Below, one piece after another: positions 41,776 through 58,315 of a DNA stretch of 64,000 nucleotides. Below the pieces are notes generated by a model that saw only the letters and a program-made list of their open reading frames with translations, was not told the DNA's origin and made no database searches. Made by a program: the position numbers and the translations under genes. Position 1 is the stretch's first letter. Every line of letters starts with the position of its first letter. The DNA is from Eledone cirrhosa (taxonomy: Eukaryota). The DNA lies in the NCBI GenBank assembly GCA_964016885.1, contig OZ024745.1, positions 39,370,001 through 39,434,000 of the forward strand, in the 5' to 3' direction.

Positions 41776-43829
41776 TGTGTGTCGGTGTATTTCTTTGTGA
41801 TAGACGACACGATGGGCCAGGGGAGCAAATAGTCAAATAGAGAATGTTTTAAAACTATGTAAACAAACAATGAGATTATGTGGAAATATAAGAATTGTCG
41901 CTGAGACGATTTATGCACAATAACACGAAATATGTATCGTGAGGAAATCTGTGATCAATTTTGAAATATTTCACTTTCTGAACACCGCAATCAAAAAAAG
42001 GATTTGTCAAACATCCGTCATCAATAATCATTAACAAACCCACATTTTTATCCGCTATCACAGTTCCTACATTTTAGATATATTCCGATCATATCAGCTT
42101 CTGAATACATTACCTCATATATTTAACTCCGCGAAAAATACAGCGTTTTCTCATTGTACATAATTCTATCTGTTTAAATTATACAAGGCCTCCGCTTATA
42201 AACCAAAATCAGTTTTCACACAATTCGAATTTCGTGCAAGTATAATCTAAGACGCTACCCTGCGACTAATGTTTATATGCAAGCGGCATTGGCCCCCATT
42301 ATCAGAAATAAGTGAGAAATGTGGGAAATATGACAATACTACTGGGACTGAAATTACAGTGGAAGTAACTTTCTTCGTTTTTTATCTTTACCAGCATAGA
42401 GTGTATGCTGCAGAATGTCTCATTATCTTATCCAATATTATATCCATTATTTTAAGTCCAAATTTCCTCACTAAAAACATTCCCGGTGCTAGATTTTTCC
42501 ACTAGATTCGGTTCACTGCAGACGTTTCTTCTGGCATATAATGGTGTCTAACTTTGGAAGTAAGCAACGCATTTGTGTGTGACCTAGAGGGTTCATGTGA
42601 TAAAATCGAATCTTGTATTGCTCTATTTTCTTTTCATCGACTCTAAAATGTTTAATGTCGATGTTACTTGGGAGTTATTTGAACTCAGATCATAAGGAAC
42701 TGAAATTAAATACACGGATTCCTTTTCCCTAAACGCTTTAACGAATCTACTACTAAGGCTCGTTTTTAACATTTCAGCAAACTCTTCGATGGTATACGAA
42801 ACATTGACTATACGACGCATCATTCATATGTCATTATTTTGACATTTCCACCACAAGGAAGTATATATTGTCAGAAGTGGCGTTGTGCATTTGTGAGCAC
42901 AAACATTGCCCTCCTCAACCCCTGTGTCGAGTTATATATACATGTTGTACACCGTGACATCGGCTCAACTGCTATTAGTTACAGTAACCTGCCGTTTGTG
43001 TCCCTTGTTGGATCGTGTGCATGATTAAAAACGATTCCAATATTTGTCAATTCAACCTCTCCACCGTACATATATATGAATAATTAAAAGTCGATTAATT
43101 CAATCAAAATTACTCCACTGAGATCTATTTAAAGGAATCCAGTATCATGAACATTACAGTCAATATCGGTGTCATTTGAACTCAAAACATCACAAGTACA
43201 TTAGGAAATACCGCAAGTCATTTTGTTTACCGCTCCGTGGTTTCTTCCAATCTACTTCGAAATGAATATATGAATGAATACAATAGAAAAAGCAAAATAG
43301 CACCAGTACAAATATTATGACAAACAACATTTACAAACAAAACAATTCTCACACACAGAAATAGAAATTGTCGCCATTTGTCAGTTGAAGAAAAAATGGA
43401 GAGAAAAGAATACAAATATATTTAAAACTGAAATGATGAAACAGATAAGAACGTAATACAAATTTACAATGAAAAAGAAAATGGAGAAAGAAATTATGTA
43501 AAGATGATAAATGGCAAAAGAGAACAAATATGTTAATTTAGCATCTACGCTAAACTAAAAAGAGATAAGAATTCAAATTGTTTACCAAGAAGAAGAATCT
43601 GGGAGTGGTTGGCAGAACTATAACTTTTTCTTCTGCTTAATCTTTCTTCTGTGATTTGTTTGTTTCAGTATTACTATCATTATTGGCATAAATATTATTG
43701 ATTATTGTTGTTGCTGTTTCGAACGTTCCATATTTTTCATTTTTCTATTGCCTTCTTTCATAATATAATCATTAATATTACCAGCATTATTAATATTCTC
43801 ATTATTATTATTATTATAATTTTATAAAA

Positions 43830-44014
43830 GGCGGGGGATTGGCAGTATCAGTAGAGGGTCGGACTCCATGCTTTGACGCATAGAGTTACTGCCCTTGCCA
43901 TTATGAGTCCAAATCCCGCCAAGGTTAGCTTTGCCTTTCATCCTTACGGGGTCGATAAAATAAAGTACCAGTAATTTACTGGGTTGTTGCTGGCCTTGTG
44001 CCAAAAGTAGAAAC
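43830..44014 (+). mobile_element. tRNA-derived SINE with a 21-bp TSD
   Basis: ATTATTATTATAATTTTATAA at 43807-43827 and 44016-44036. Confidence 0.9.
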
Positions 44015-44052
44015 AATTATTATTATAATTTTATAATAATTATTATTATTAT

Positions 44053-44345
44053 TAATGGCCCGAGTGAATGGGCCTACTCTGAGTATGTATCTGTAAATTA
44101 AAGGTGGAAAACTGGGAGAGGGCACTTGCCTTGGTGGTCAGGGTCACTGTGGCCTTTTACTGGGCTTTCTCCACAAATGTCCCTCCTAAGTCTCCCCCCT
44201 ATTGGAGAATTTGTCATTGTTATTTTTTTGTTACATCCTCTGTTTTTGTTTTTTACACGCAGAAATGCCCATTTGTACCGTCCTGTATTGTCCTGCACTG
44301 TCCTTAATGTCTACTTTATGTAAACCCTTGTGGTTAATAAAGAAA

Positions 44346-44346
<1 letters not shown>
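44053..44346 (+). mobile_element. 3' end of the L1/Tx1 family
   Basis: AATGGCCCGAGTGAATGGG..., CCCTTGTGGTTAATAAAGAAA match 16314-16500; (ATT)n tail. Confidence 0.8.
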
Positions 44347-44388
<42 letters not shown>

Positions 44389-44389
<1 letters not shown>

Positions 44390-44665
44390 GTTGCATTTAT
44401 CTTGCTTTATGTTCATACGAGTTATCACCAAGTCACAACCAGTGACCTCAAGAGACAACAAGGTCCGCCATGTTCAAGAAAGAACATACATATTCACACA
44501 TGCATCTTTAGTGTTTAGACTTGTGATGTACTTATATTGACAGAATCTTCCTTAGTATATGGGCAGTTCCCATTAGTACTATCTTTTTTTTATTTCTCCT
44601 ATACGCGGGTTTCCTGGGATTTGCGATATGTAATCATTAGACCCCTTAGGTATCATTCCCAGAGC
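44389..44665 (-). mobile_element. 3' end of Dong-like subfamily A inserted in (TAA)n
   Basis: Reverse complement of ~32015-32290; (TTA)n on both sides. Confidence 0.92.
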
Positions 44666-44842
44666 TATTATTATTATTATTATTATTATTATCATTATTA
44701 TTATTATCGTCATCAGCATCAACAATATAGTCATTATTATTCAATTACTTTGATTCATTTACTACTCTATGTTTTCTACATCAAACACCATACCACTCCC
44801 AGAGTTGCATATATTGTATAGATATATATGTATATAAAATAT

Positions 44843-44873
<31 letters not shown>

Positions 44874-45535
44874 ATGTGTATGTGTGTGTGTTTGTTTGTT
44901 TGTTTGTGTGTGTAAATTTGTCTGTGTGAGTGAGTCTGCGCCCACGTGTGTCTGTTTCTCTATGCCGTAGTGAAATGAGAAAATTTTCGAGTTTTACCTA
45001 AAGTGTTTCATGAAAGATCATAAGCACGTCATTAGCGTTTCTAGATCAAGCTAGTATCATCTTCAAGATAGAGTGATTTTGACGTATGCCGCTACCACTT
45101 TATTATTTGCAAGACAAACACGAATTGTTAAGACATAACCGACGTGATTTGAATATTGTCAAATTCATGAATGACCTCTCCGTTTTTGTTTGACATATAA
45201 GGACAGCCAGTTAGTTTCCTTTGCAAGCACGTTTTCTAATCTTGCGTATGTGTAAATATGTGTATGTGTCTGCGTGTGTGTGGAAATACCCTCCTCGAGT
45301 AAAATTTCTCAGGGATTTGCATCACCGCGCACCTAATATTTTCCAAGGGAAAGGCATAATCGTATATATGTTGGAAGTGGTACCGCAATACAATTCTTTC
45401 CAGCTGAGTTACGTGACATACAATGCCCGCCAGATTTCTACTTGTCCGTTTTTCAGACACGTCCCTCAAACCTTCATATGTACAAACCAGTATTCAGATG
45501 TGACTTTTGATGTATAGTACTGGGTATTTGTGATT

Positions 45536-45607
<72 letters not shown>

Positions 45608-48600
45608 CTATCTATCTATATATCTATCTGTCTATCTCTCTCTCCCTCTATGTATATATATATATATATATGTGTGCGTGTGTGTGTGTAAATATGTGTG
45701 TGTGTATGCGTGTGTACGTAGGTATGTGCGTGTGCGTCTGTTTTTATGTGTGAATGGTTATAAAATGATAATTATGTAATCATTTGATCACATGTATATA
45801 TATATCTATGCAGCCATCTCACACCAAGTCGCTCTGAAGGATTCAAAATATTTGCCTTAATATATCCTTTACTTTATGACAGGTGTAAGACTCAATTTAT
45901 TTCTAATGGAAGATAAAAAAAGATGATACGTTCAGCAATATATTATGAATATTAATATGAATATATCATATGACAGAATATCACCTCATATATATTTAAT
46001 GTTTATATATTATTCTATTTTAACTTGATAATGCAGTAGCATTCTGTCAAAATGATTTAGCAGTATCGTTTTCATTAGTAAGTGTGTAATTCAAACAGTT
46101 ATCCTTACGTTATATTCTTTCAGGGTTCTGTTAACAATTTGATGTTAGGGAAGAAAGACAAAGAATTAAGAAATATATTCTGATGTATACTTAAAATAAG
46201 AAGCCGTCTTACATATTATCATTTGGATTCAATTTATCTCGTGATAATGCCTCCTTATACTGTGGATATTGTGCTTTTTATTTCATCATACAATATGAGC
46301 TTTGATCTGTCATGTCCGTTTGCTACTAACACGAAATAATAACGATGTAATCAGTAGCTAAGAATATATATGGTTTCACTCGTAATAGGAACACAATTCG
46401 TTGCGATGTATCATTCTATTCATCATTATATGATGCATAATTTTGTGTCTAGGTTTGCTGATCGGAAGACATTACAATTGCACAGTGCATCCTCTTACTA
46501 AATGGAAACAATAACATTACTGAAGTAATTTTAAATTTGAAATGAATTCATTTCTACTTTTCATGTTGGGCCTGATTCTTGCAAGCGAAATATACTAGAA
46601 GTTGTTTATCGTAAATACATTTCCTTATTTAAAAGCAAATTAGATTTCAGAGGAACGGCAGTTTAGCAACAGAAGTTATATAGAAAATTATGCTGGTAGC
46701 CAAACCTGGATTTACATAGATCATGTTTCTAAAGCCCTCACATATATTATAGTGTATGACTGATGTAATACGACGCATGAACAAAATAACTAAAAAAGAA
46801 ATAACATCAATGAGGATATATTAAATAGCGGAGAAATGCTATTGCGAAAATGTATAAGCGTAAGTAGCTAAATATAATTCCATGACAATGTTCGCTTCAG
46901 TTTAGAGATAAAACAATATATTTAAATTATGCAATGTAGTTCAGTTCTTCGTCGTTACTTACCTACTAATCACACAACATCTAATATACAATATATTACC
47001 AACTTAATTATTCCTACGTAGAAGCTGTAGTAGTGTAATACCAGGTCAGCCCACCTCTAATATACGTGTGAACAGATATAATTTAATCAAGACAATCACG
47101 ACTATTTTTTTAAACATAACATAACAAGGAATACATTATAGATACTAAATGTGCTTTCCTATTTTCAGTAAAAATATAAGATAAGAATTGACGGAAAGTT
47201 GATTGTTATTTCATGAAACATTAATCATATGTCTGAAACATAAATCATCACTCAGGCGGCGTACACATTAACGTCATTCAATGTCGAAATAATTAATTAC
47301 AGTTGACGTAATCAATGTGAAATTGTATGAGTGTTTATGAAGTATTTAACCTTGTAAATATATTGTTCCACGTTCAATTCCACCGAATGATACATTGGTC
47401 ATTGTTTTTCTACTATAATCTCCGGTTGTAATTAGTGAGTGAAATATCGTCAAATATATAGCGTCAAATATATAGCGTTATAATATTTCCAGGACTTTTA
47501 ACTTCGTCTATAAGAATAAACATATTGTGTATTCCGAAATATGATTAATTATCGTTCAATTCATCTCAAATATCATTTAGGGTGGTGCGCATATTTAAAT
47601 AGGCATGTATATGTAATGTTTGTTTTGTGTGTATGCAAACTTATGCAACGACTAATCGTTAAAACATGCTACTCGTCATTGAATGGTGAGTATAATATTA
47701 TTTATTCAGGTCAACAATTCATATTACGTTACTGAAATTCGACGCGATATGCTAATATTGTCCAATGCATCCTTTGCGGCTCTAATACACTTATGAAGAT
47801 TACTACGGTACATTAGTTAGAGGAAATATTTCAGAGTTCTGTGGAAACCTATAAATTGGATTTAACATCTCTTAATTGCTACGTCCGAGTACAATATCTC
47901 ACTCAAATTTGAATAGGATCTGACAGGAATAACCGAATTCCGGCGTCAAAATACATTATTCCCAATGTAAATTATACAATAGAATTATATAATTTCTGAT
48001 TTACGGAAATGGTGAATAACATACACGGCAAGTTTAATGCTACAATTATCAATTTACGAGATATGAAATTGAAACATATACTAGAATACGAGAGATCAAG
48101 TAACCACACATATCATAGTTAGATACACAATCAAATAATATGCTATATTAGCAAACATGACAAACATATAAATACAACTCAGAGTAGCATTCTTTATTGA
48201 ATATAATTTATTTGAAATTTATGCAATCGGTCATTGTATTTACTACATTCCTACATGCCATTTATTCTCGCGCCTAACATTTCAATCATTTATCAATGGG
48301 TTTGTGACATATTTTAATATAACATACGTTCACATCTTAGTTGATATTAAAATGAAACTCCAGCGGTAATATTATTTGTAAAAGTATTTACTCAGCTAAC
48401 TATATATATTAAGATTTTCACTTATTTCTGTATTCTCTAGTTTTATAGAGACGTCTAACATCTTCGAGTTTAGGGTTTATTATGTTGTGCTTATTATCAT
48501 GAACTTGTAACTTCAATTCCTAGACCGGGTGGTGTGTGATTTCTTTATTTCTCGTTGCTGCAATAGAAATGAGTTGCGACGTCGAAATGTGCCTTTCCCG

Positions 48601-49896
48601 TATCCCTTCGGTAACATCGGTAGCGTGTAGATTGGAAATTGGTATGTATGGGCCTTTCCCTTTAGCTTACACATATATATATGGGTGCGTGTATGTATGT
48701 CTGTGGATGTTCGTAAAAACAATATCAACCAAAGTCAATTAAGATATACTAATTAACACCCGACGTTTGTGACATGAAACATGGACATTGCAGTGAAAAC
48801 TGCTACTATCTATTATCTATTGACTTTCCCCAACATTTCTGAAAGTGTATATATGACACAAGGTAGACTCAATCATTGACAGTCGTAAAATATTGTCTAT
48901 TGTTCTCTTTTCGATTTCCTTGGGCATATGAAATAATATAACGTAAAACGTATAGAAAATAATCGAAACTTTCAATTTTTCAAAAACAATAGCAACTATG
49001 TACAAGTGCAATATATTATTCATAGAATGAAAGATCTTGGAGACAAACACTACTAAAAATGCAAACATACGATCAATTATCGATGGTGTCAATGTCGAGA
49101 AATATATCCTCGATAGAATTAAATAAAGAAATATCGACGTTTTTCTCCCCGAAAAAGTATCAAATGATATGAATATTAAATTTTAGTGAAATTTGGTGGC
49201 GGTTGTCGCAGTGCAATATTGATTTTGTTTAGCAAATCGTGGCTCACATATGTTCAATTCTCTGTTAGAGAGAAAAGTAATATCGTAGAGAAGGAAGGTC
49301 AATGTTTAGGCCATCATGCTTCTTGCGGTAGTGTATGCTAAAATTCATTTACTAGCAAGTAGTGCTTATACTGTGATATGAAAACGTATTTAACCACGTG
49401 ACGTTGTGTATGTTTAAGCTATGTTTAAGAGATTCCATTAAAATATAGCATATTTTATACGTGTTTTTTGAAATTGTGCAATCACAAGAAAACAAATGGG
49501 AATCACCCAAATCAACAGTGCACTGGCTGCAATATTTCCGGTTCCTAGTTGAATCTATTTCATCTTGACTAACTACATTTATTCTTCTCAGTTTTAAATA
49601 ATTTCAATAAAATGTTTTTATCTCTGATCTTGTGTCTGAGTTAGATATCTATAAAACATGTGAAACTAAGTACTTCGTTTAGTAAATGTAATTGATGATT
49701 AATTTCATAACGTGTTATCTAGGGAAATCCCTTGCAGATAACAATCACCTATTTCGAATGATAAATGCTAATTTACATGATTGAGAAAATTGGGTTAATA
49801 TCCTTCTTTTCAAACACTATCGTTAGGTATCGATTTTTATTTTAGCTAATTTCTGCGTCTTTAAATATCATATATCTATGTACGTATGTATGTATG

Positions 49897-49989
<93 letters not shown>

Positions 49990-49990
<1 letters not shown>

Positions 49991-50290
49991 GTAGCTAAAT
50001 CTACCAAAATATACGGAACTTAATGTAATCCAAATATCATGAAAAGAGAAGATGTATCCAAAAGTTTTTCGATGAAAAACACAGGAAAATAGAGTCAAGA
50101 TAAATTAATAAAAATAATGAATAAAAACAAAGAAACACTTCCTTATATTAAAAGATTCATCATTTTACGATCACTTCTAGCGTATATATGTTGTGTTGGT
50201 ATGTATATCATATAGATCTATGTAAAGGTTTTACAAACTATCAGAGGGAATATACATACCAACACTTATATATGCTGTCTTCAGAAATAA
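49990..50290 (-). mobile_element. Single-arm copy of the 37000-37543 family with a decayed HHR (50161-50289)
   Basis: Shares AAATCTACCAA, AGAGTCAAGATAAA, CCTTATATTAAA and GTCTTCAGAAATAA. The minus-strand core is CTGAAGA..GAAG (mutated). Confidence 0.75.
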
Positions 50291-50605
50291 ATATATATAT
50301 ATATATGAACGTATCCAAACACATATATATATATGAATGTATCCAATCACAGACATCTCATTACAATATTACAATAGTATTGATAAAATCTGCTTAATGA
50401 ATTTTACACAATATAATAAGACTTTGTCTGTAATATATAGGATGGAAATAAATTGGTCATCAATTATGAAATGGGTTAGTGTTACCTAAAGCCAGAAGAT
50501 AAATGCAATTACAAGAACGTGGGTGTATAAGGATTTATAAATACGAAATATGGATATATATGTAAATATATATATATATATATAGTGTATTCATGTATTA
50601 ATGTG

Positions 50606-50661
<56 letters not shown>

Positions 50662-50663
50662 TG

Positions 50664-50732
<69 letters not shown>

Positions 50733-50738
50733 AGATTT

Positions 50739-52197
<1,459 letters not shown>

Positions 52198-52303
52198 TTT
52201 CTCCGGACTACTTTTGGAACTACAACTGGAACCGTCGAGCAGACTCTACGTGAGCTGTCAATCTACTGTGTGTAATATTTATATTACAACACAACGGAAA
52301 ATA

Positions 52304-52396
<93 letters not shown>

Positions 52397-52443
52397 TGTA
52401 TATATATATATGTATATATATATATGTATGTACATATGTATGT

Positions 52444-52990
52444 GCCTCATGGTCGGGTGGTTGGCGACTAAATTGGCAACCCCACCAAGGTTTCTTGGTG
52501 AGGAGGGTGACTTTGGACATCCTGCAGGACTAAAGACAAAACTTGTCAAAGGGCAAAGGAGCTCTTAAGAGTCAATGGCCATCCAAAATCACCGGGAGAG
52601 ATGACGCCTTAGCCTTTATCAAGGCAGAATTCTAGGAGAAGGAAAACTCTGATATAACACCTGCAAATCTGATGGTATCCAATGATGTTGACTTGTTCTT
52701 CTTTTTGTTAAATATCACCTTGGTTAAGAGAGTGGGAGTGCCTTTACTCACTATAAAAGCTTCACAGCACAGGCATTACTTTATATCTGAGATCTCTTTG
52801 CACTTGTCGTCACATGGTAAGATGGGCCCAGCTCTATGTGTCAATAATTGTCACAAGTGTAGTGTTTGTACCAGAGTTTTCAAGTCGATGGGTGGACTAA
52901 AAAGTCACACTCGTTCAGCGCATCGGTAGGAATTCTCCTACATAGATATAAAGTAGTGGCCGTACTCGATAACGAGTTGGCAGCCACCAT
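52444..52990 (+). mobile_element. Internally deleted RTE-like element (5' UTR-like part joined to the 3' end)
   Basis: CTAGGAGAAGGAAAACTCTGA resembles RTE 5' UTRs (recalled, not searched). The ORF ends in a C2H2 finger, [22 protein letters not shown], followed by a short 3' UTR and (TA)n. Confidence 0.6.
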
Positions 52991-53870
<880 letters not shown>

Positions 53871-53873
<3 letters not shown>

Positions 53874-54348
53874 TGTTATACTTGGGGAGGGTCATATTTG
53901 TGTAATATTGCCAGAATTAATAACAGAACACACTCAATGTTTGGTTTGTTTTCGCTTCTGTGTCTTTTATATCGGTAATCTAATTTATTTGTCCTCAATG
54001 TTGCCTTTGACTGACCGACGGTCAAAAATAATACAGATACAATATAGACACAATCACATATATATAGTTTATCAAACTTCTTTCGTTGCACATCTGCAAC
54101 ATCGTCAGTGGTGCTATTGTTTCCTCCCGTTACATTGTATGTCTACGCCATTTTTATTTAGTCTGTCTATATATTTATTTATTTATTTGTTTGTTTGTTT
54201 ATTTTATGTTGTCTTCTTTGCGCATGCGTTTGCGTGTGTGTATAGTGTTTTGTTTGACGTGTGTTCGTGATTGTATTCTATGTATTCTATGTATTCTATC
54301 TTTACTAGTGTGTGTTTATATGTGTTTGTTGTTATTGTCCTTGTGTAT

Positions 54349-54379
<31 letters not shown>

Positions 54380-57358
54380 TACTTCTCTTAGGTCAGTGTT
54401 GTTGGTTTGGGTGTTGTTGATATTCCATTCATTCTTTCTGTTTAGTCTTGGCCTTCTAAGTTCTATTTCACTGGCCTCTCTGATTTGCCTATCTGCTGGG
54501 TCATTTCTATGTTTAGATATTATTCTAATTTCTATTTTATCTATGTTACCGTCGTGTTGTTGTCTGGCATGTTCCTATAGTACTGATCCGTTTTTTTCAT
54601 CCTTTTAGTTCCCCCCAGTGTTGGTCTATCCTTTCACCTATGCTACGAGCTGTCTTGCCTATGTATGTTGTTGTCATGTTTCTGCATGTAGCCTCTGTAC
54701 ATCTTATGCTATAGACTACGTTTCTAGTTTTACAGTTTATCCGGGGGTTTACCTTACATATGATACATTTCCTATTAGTACAGTGGGTTTTCTTAAAAGG
54801 GTAGGTTTTGCTGAACAGGGATGTTATGGTGGTTCCTGTCTTTTCTACCACCATAATCTTTAAGTGGGTCTTTCTCAGGGCCTTTCTACACTGGTTAACT
54901 AATTTCCCTCCAGGGGTAGTGTCCACAAACATGACACTTTGGTATCTCTTGTTGTTGTACCATGAGGTGGCTTTCCCTATCTTATGTCTAGCCCTATCTA
55001 AGCTATTCCATGATTTGCTCCTGTATAATGGGCAAATTCCTTTCATGTCCAGTTCTATGAGGATCTTATACTTCTCCATGGCTCCTTCGTATACTCTGCC
55101 TCTGTTTCTTTGGTTGTAGCCAGAGAATTGCATGCGGTTGATGAAGTGTTGGATGTGTCTTTCCATTTCTGTTGGGTCGCACATGCGGGACACATTCTTC
55201 ATCACTCGTACCAAATCTGCGATCAGAATATTAAACTTAGCACTACTGGACATTGCTGAGTTTTTGAGTATCAGGTATTTGGAGGCCATGGGTTTAGCAT
55301 AGTACTTAGACTTACCTACGACACTGACTACCAAGACAGCCATGACCTTAGACGTTTCTGCCTTAGTAGACCCATAAGAGGTAGACCCCCCACCATAACC
55401 TCAATGGCAAAAAGACTCCCATGGGAAGGTGGATTGGGTGGACCAAAGCTATACGGACCCCCCAAAACAATGATCAGGTAAGAAAAATGGTCGCACATGC
55501 AATAGGGGCTAGTATCAAAACTACCCTAAAGGGCCACATATTCATGTTCAACGAGAAGATCTACACCCAAAATGAGGGAGCAGCTATTGGCTACAGTATA
55601 GCTGGTGATGTTGCCAACCTTTTTATGCTATGGTGGGAAAGGAGACTTAAAGATCTCCTTAATGAGAGCTCCATAGACCTCATCATGTACTCTCGTTACG
55701 TAGACGATATCAATATAGTTATAAGAACATACCCACTAGAGATCACTAACAAGTTTGATTTAGAACGTAGCACAATGGAAAGCATCCGGCAGATAGCTAT
55801 TTCCATACACTAGAGTATAACTGTAACTATCGACTTCCCTTCCAAACACCCTAACAATAGACTACCTGTATTAGACACGGAACTCTGCATTAACACTATA
55901 GACGAGAGAGCCCAAATTCTCCACTCACACTATGCTAAACCTATGGCCTCCAAATACCTGATACTCAAAAACTCAGCAATGTCCAGTAGTGCTAAGTTTA
56001 ATATTCTGATCGCAGATTTGGTACGAGTGATGAATGTGTCCCGCATGTGCGACCCAACAGAAATGGGAAGACACATCCAACACTTCATCAACCGCATGCA
56101 GTTCTCTGGCTACAACCAAAGAGACAGAGTCAGAGTATACGAAGGAGCCATGGAGAAGTATAAGGCCCTCATAGAACTGGACATGAAAGGAAGTTGCCCA
56201 TTATACAGGAGCAAATCATGGAATAGCTTAGATAGGACTAGACATAAGATAGGGAAAGCCACGTCATGGTACGACAAAAAAGATACCAAAGTGTCATGTT
56301 TGTGGACACTACCACTGGAGGGAAATTAGCTAACCGGTGTAGAAAGGCCCTGACAAAGACCCACTTAAAGATTAAGGTGGTAGAAAAGCCAGGAACCACC
56401 ATAAAATCACTGATCAGCAAAACCTACCCTTTTAAGAAAACCCACTGTACTAATAGGAAATGTATCATATGTAAGGTAAACGCCCGGATAAACTGTAAAG
56501 CTAGAAACGTAGTCTATAGCATAAGATGTACAGAGGGTACTTGCAGAAACATGACAACAACATACATAGGCGAGACAGCTCGTAGCATAGGTGAAAGGAT
56601 AGACCAACACTGGGGGGAACTAAAAGGACGAAAAAACGGTTCAGTACTATACGAACATGCCAGACAACAACACGACGGTAACATAGACAAAATAGAAATT
56701 AGAATATCTAAACATAGAAATGACCCAGCAGATAGGCAAATCAGAGAGGCCAGTGAAATAGAACTTAGAAGGCCAAGACTAAACAGAAAGAATGAATGGA
56801 ATAACAACAACACCCAAACAAACAACACTGACCTAAGAGAAGTATAAATAAATAAATAAATAGATAAATAATAAATATATACATGCACAAGGACAATAAC
56901 AACAAACACATATAAACACACACTAGTAAAGATAGAATACATAGAATACATAGAATACAATCACGAACACACATCAAACAAAACACTATACACACACGCA
57001 AACGCATGCGGAAAGAAGACAAAATAAAATAAACAAACAAACAAATAAATAAATAAATATATAGACAGACTAAATAAAAATGGCGTAGACATACAATGTA
57101 ACGGGAGGAAACAATAGCACCACTGACGATGTTGCAGACGTGCAACGAAAGAACATTGATAAACTATATATATGTGTTTGTGTCTATATTGTATCTGTAT
57201 TATTTTTGACCGTCGGTCAGTCAATGGCAACATTGAGGACCGAATAAATTAGATTACCGATATAAAAGACACAGAAGCGAAAACCAACCAAACAGTGAGT
57301 GTGTTCTGTTATTAATTCTGGCAATATTACACAAATATGACCCTCCCCAAGTATAACA

Positions 57359-57362
<4 letters not shown>
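53871..57362 (+). mobile_element. 5'-truncated Penelope-like element (Naiad-like) with ~1.43-kb inverted arms
   Basis: RT motifs YTQNEGAAIG..ANLFM..YSRYVDD (55421-55813), LPVLD and thumb HYAKPMASK..SAMS..K..IL; GIY-YIG region CTNRKCIIC..NVVYSIRC..YIGETARS..REASEI..LNRKNEW (56266-56847). Arms 53871-55303 and 55929-57362 are inverted; inserted in (TA)n. Clade assigned from recalled motifs. Confidence 0.9.
57118..57161 (+). ncRNA. Hammerhead-like motif in the PLE 3' UTR (also 54070-54113 on - and 3541-3582 on +)
   Basis: CTGACGA-T-GTTGCA-GACG-TGCAAC-GAAA: core boxes and a 6-bp stem II conserved in 3 copies, but stems I and III are poor. Confidence 0.5.
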
Positions 57363-57432
<70 letters not shown>

Positions 57433-57655
57433 TAAATCATGTCTTTAGAATCATCAGATAAAATATATACTATTTCTTTTTTTATATGGTTAATTATGCT
57501 AATTAGAAGAAGAAATAGTATATATTTTATCTGATGATTCTAAAGACATGATATATGATATATTGCTCTGATTGTTTAACTTATTAATTGTTCATAGAGC
57601 TTAAAAGTGACCAGTTGCAACATGTATATATCTATAACTTTATGTATATGTTAAC

Positions 57656-57700
<45 letters not shown>

Positions 57701-57703
<3 letters not shown>

Positions 57704-57907
57704 TGGCTGCCGACTCGCATTCGAGTACGGTTAGTACTTTATATCCATGTAGGAGAACTCCTACCGATGCGCTGAACAAGTGTTACTTTTTAGTCCGACC
57801 AGCGACTTGAAAACTCTGGTACAAACACTACACCTGTGACAATTATTGACACATAGTGCTGGGCCTATGGTACCATGTGACGACAAGTGCAGAGAGATCT
57901 CCAGATA
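57701..57907 (-). mobile_element. Second, inverted copy of the RTE-like 3' end
   Basis: Diverged reverse complement of ~52783-52990. Confidence 0.8.
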
Positions 57908-58268
57908 TACAAACATCCAACCTTATATACATGTATCTAAATATGATTGTATTGTTGATGGGCGTTCCAATAGTTATGAATAACATGGAAAAAATAACGC
58001 CTGAAATATACCTGTATCTATTATAGATAATGTCAGATCACAGAGCTTTCGTTGTGTTTTTACACATAATGTGAATAGAAACTATATCTCTGGAAATTGT
58101 TGCGTCATTCATGAAAGAAAAACGTTTAAAATAGCCAGTTACGTAACAAAATTTGTAAAACTAATACTAGCTTAATTGATTGTACACACGATTGATTGAT
58201 ACACCCCCGCAATATATATACATATATATATCTATACATATATCTATATCTATATCTATATATATATC

Positions 58269-58315
<47 letters not shown>

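Noticed and set aside
42623-42823. 66-aa non-repetitive minus-strand ORF
   Set aside because: Short, with no recognisable homology or motif.
52444-52690. HDV-like ribozyme in the RTE-like 5' UTR
   Set aside because: Could not fit the P1/P1.1/P2/P3 nested pseudoknot by eye.
54597-54599. In-frame TGA as selenocysteine (some Naiad PLEs encode selenoproteins)
   Set aside because: The other arm has CGA (Arg) at this codon, so it is CpG decay; no SECIS was recognised.
57437-57552. Short inverted repeat containing CTGATGA as a complete HHR
   Set aside because: No downstream GAAA or stem III; at most a truncated half-motif.
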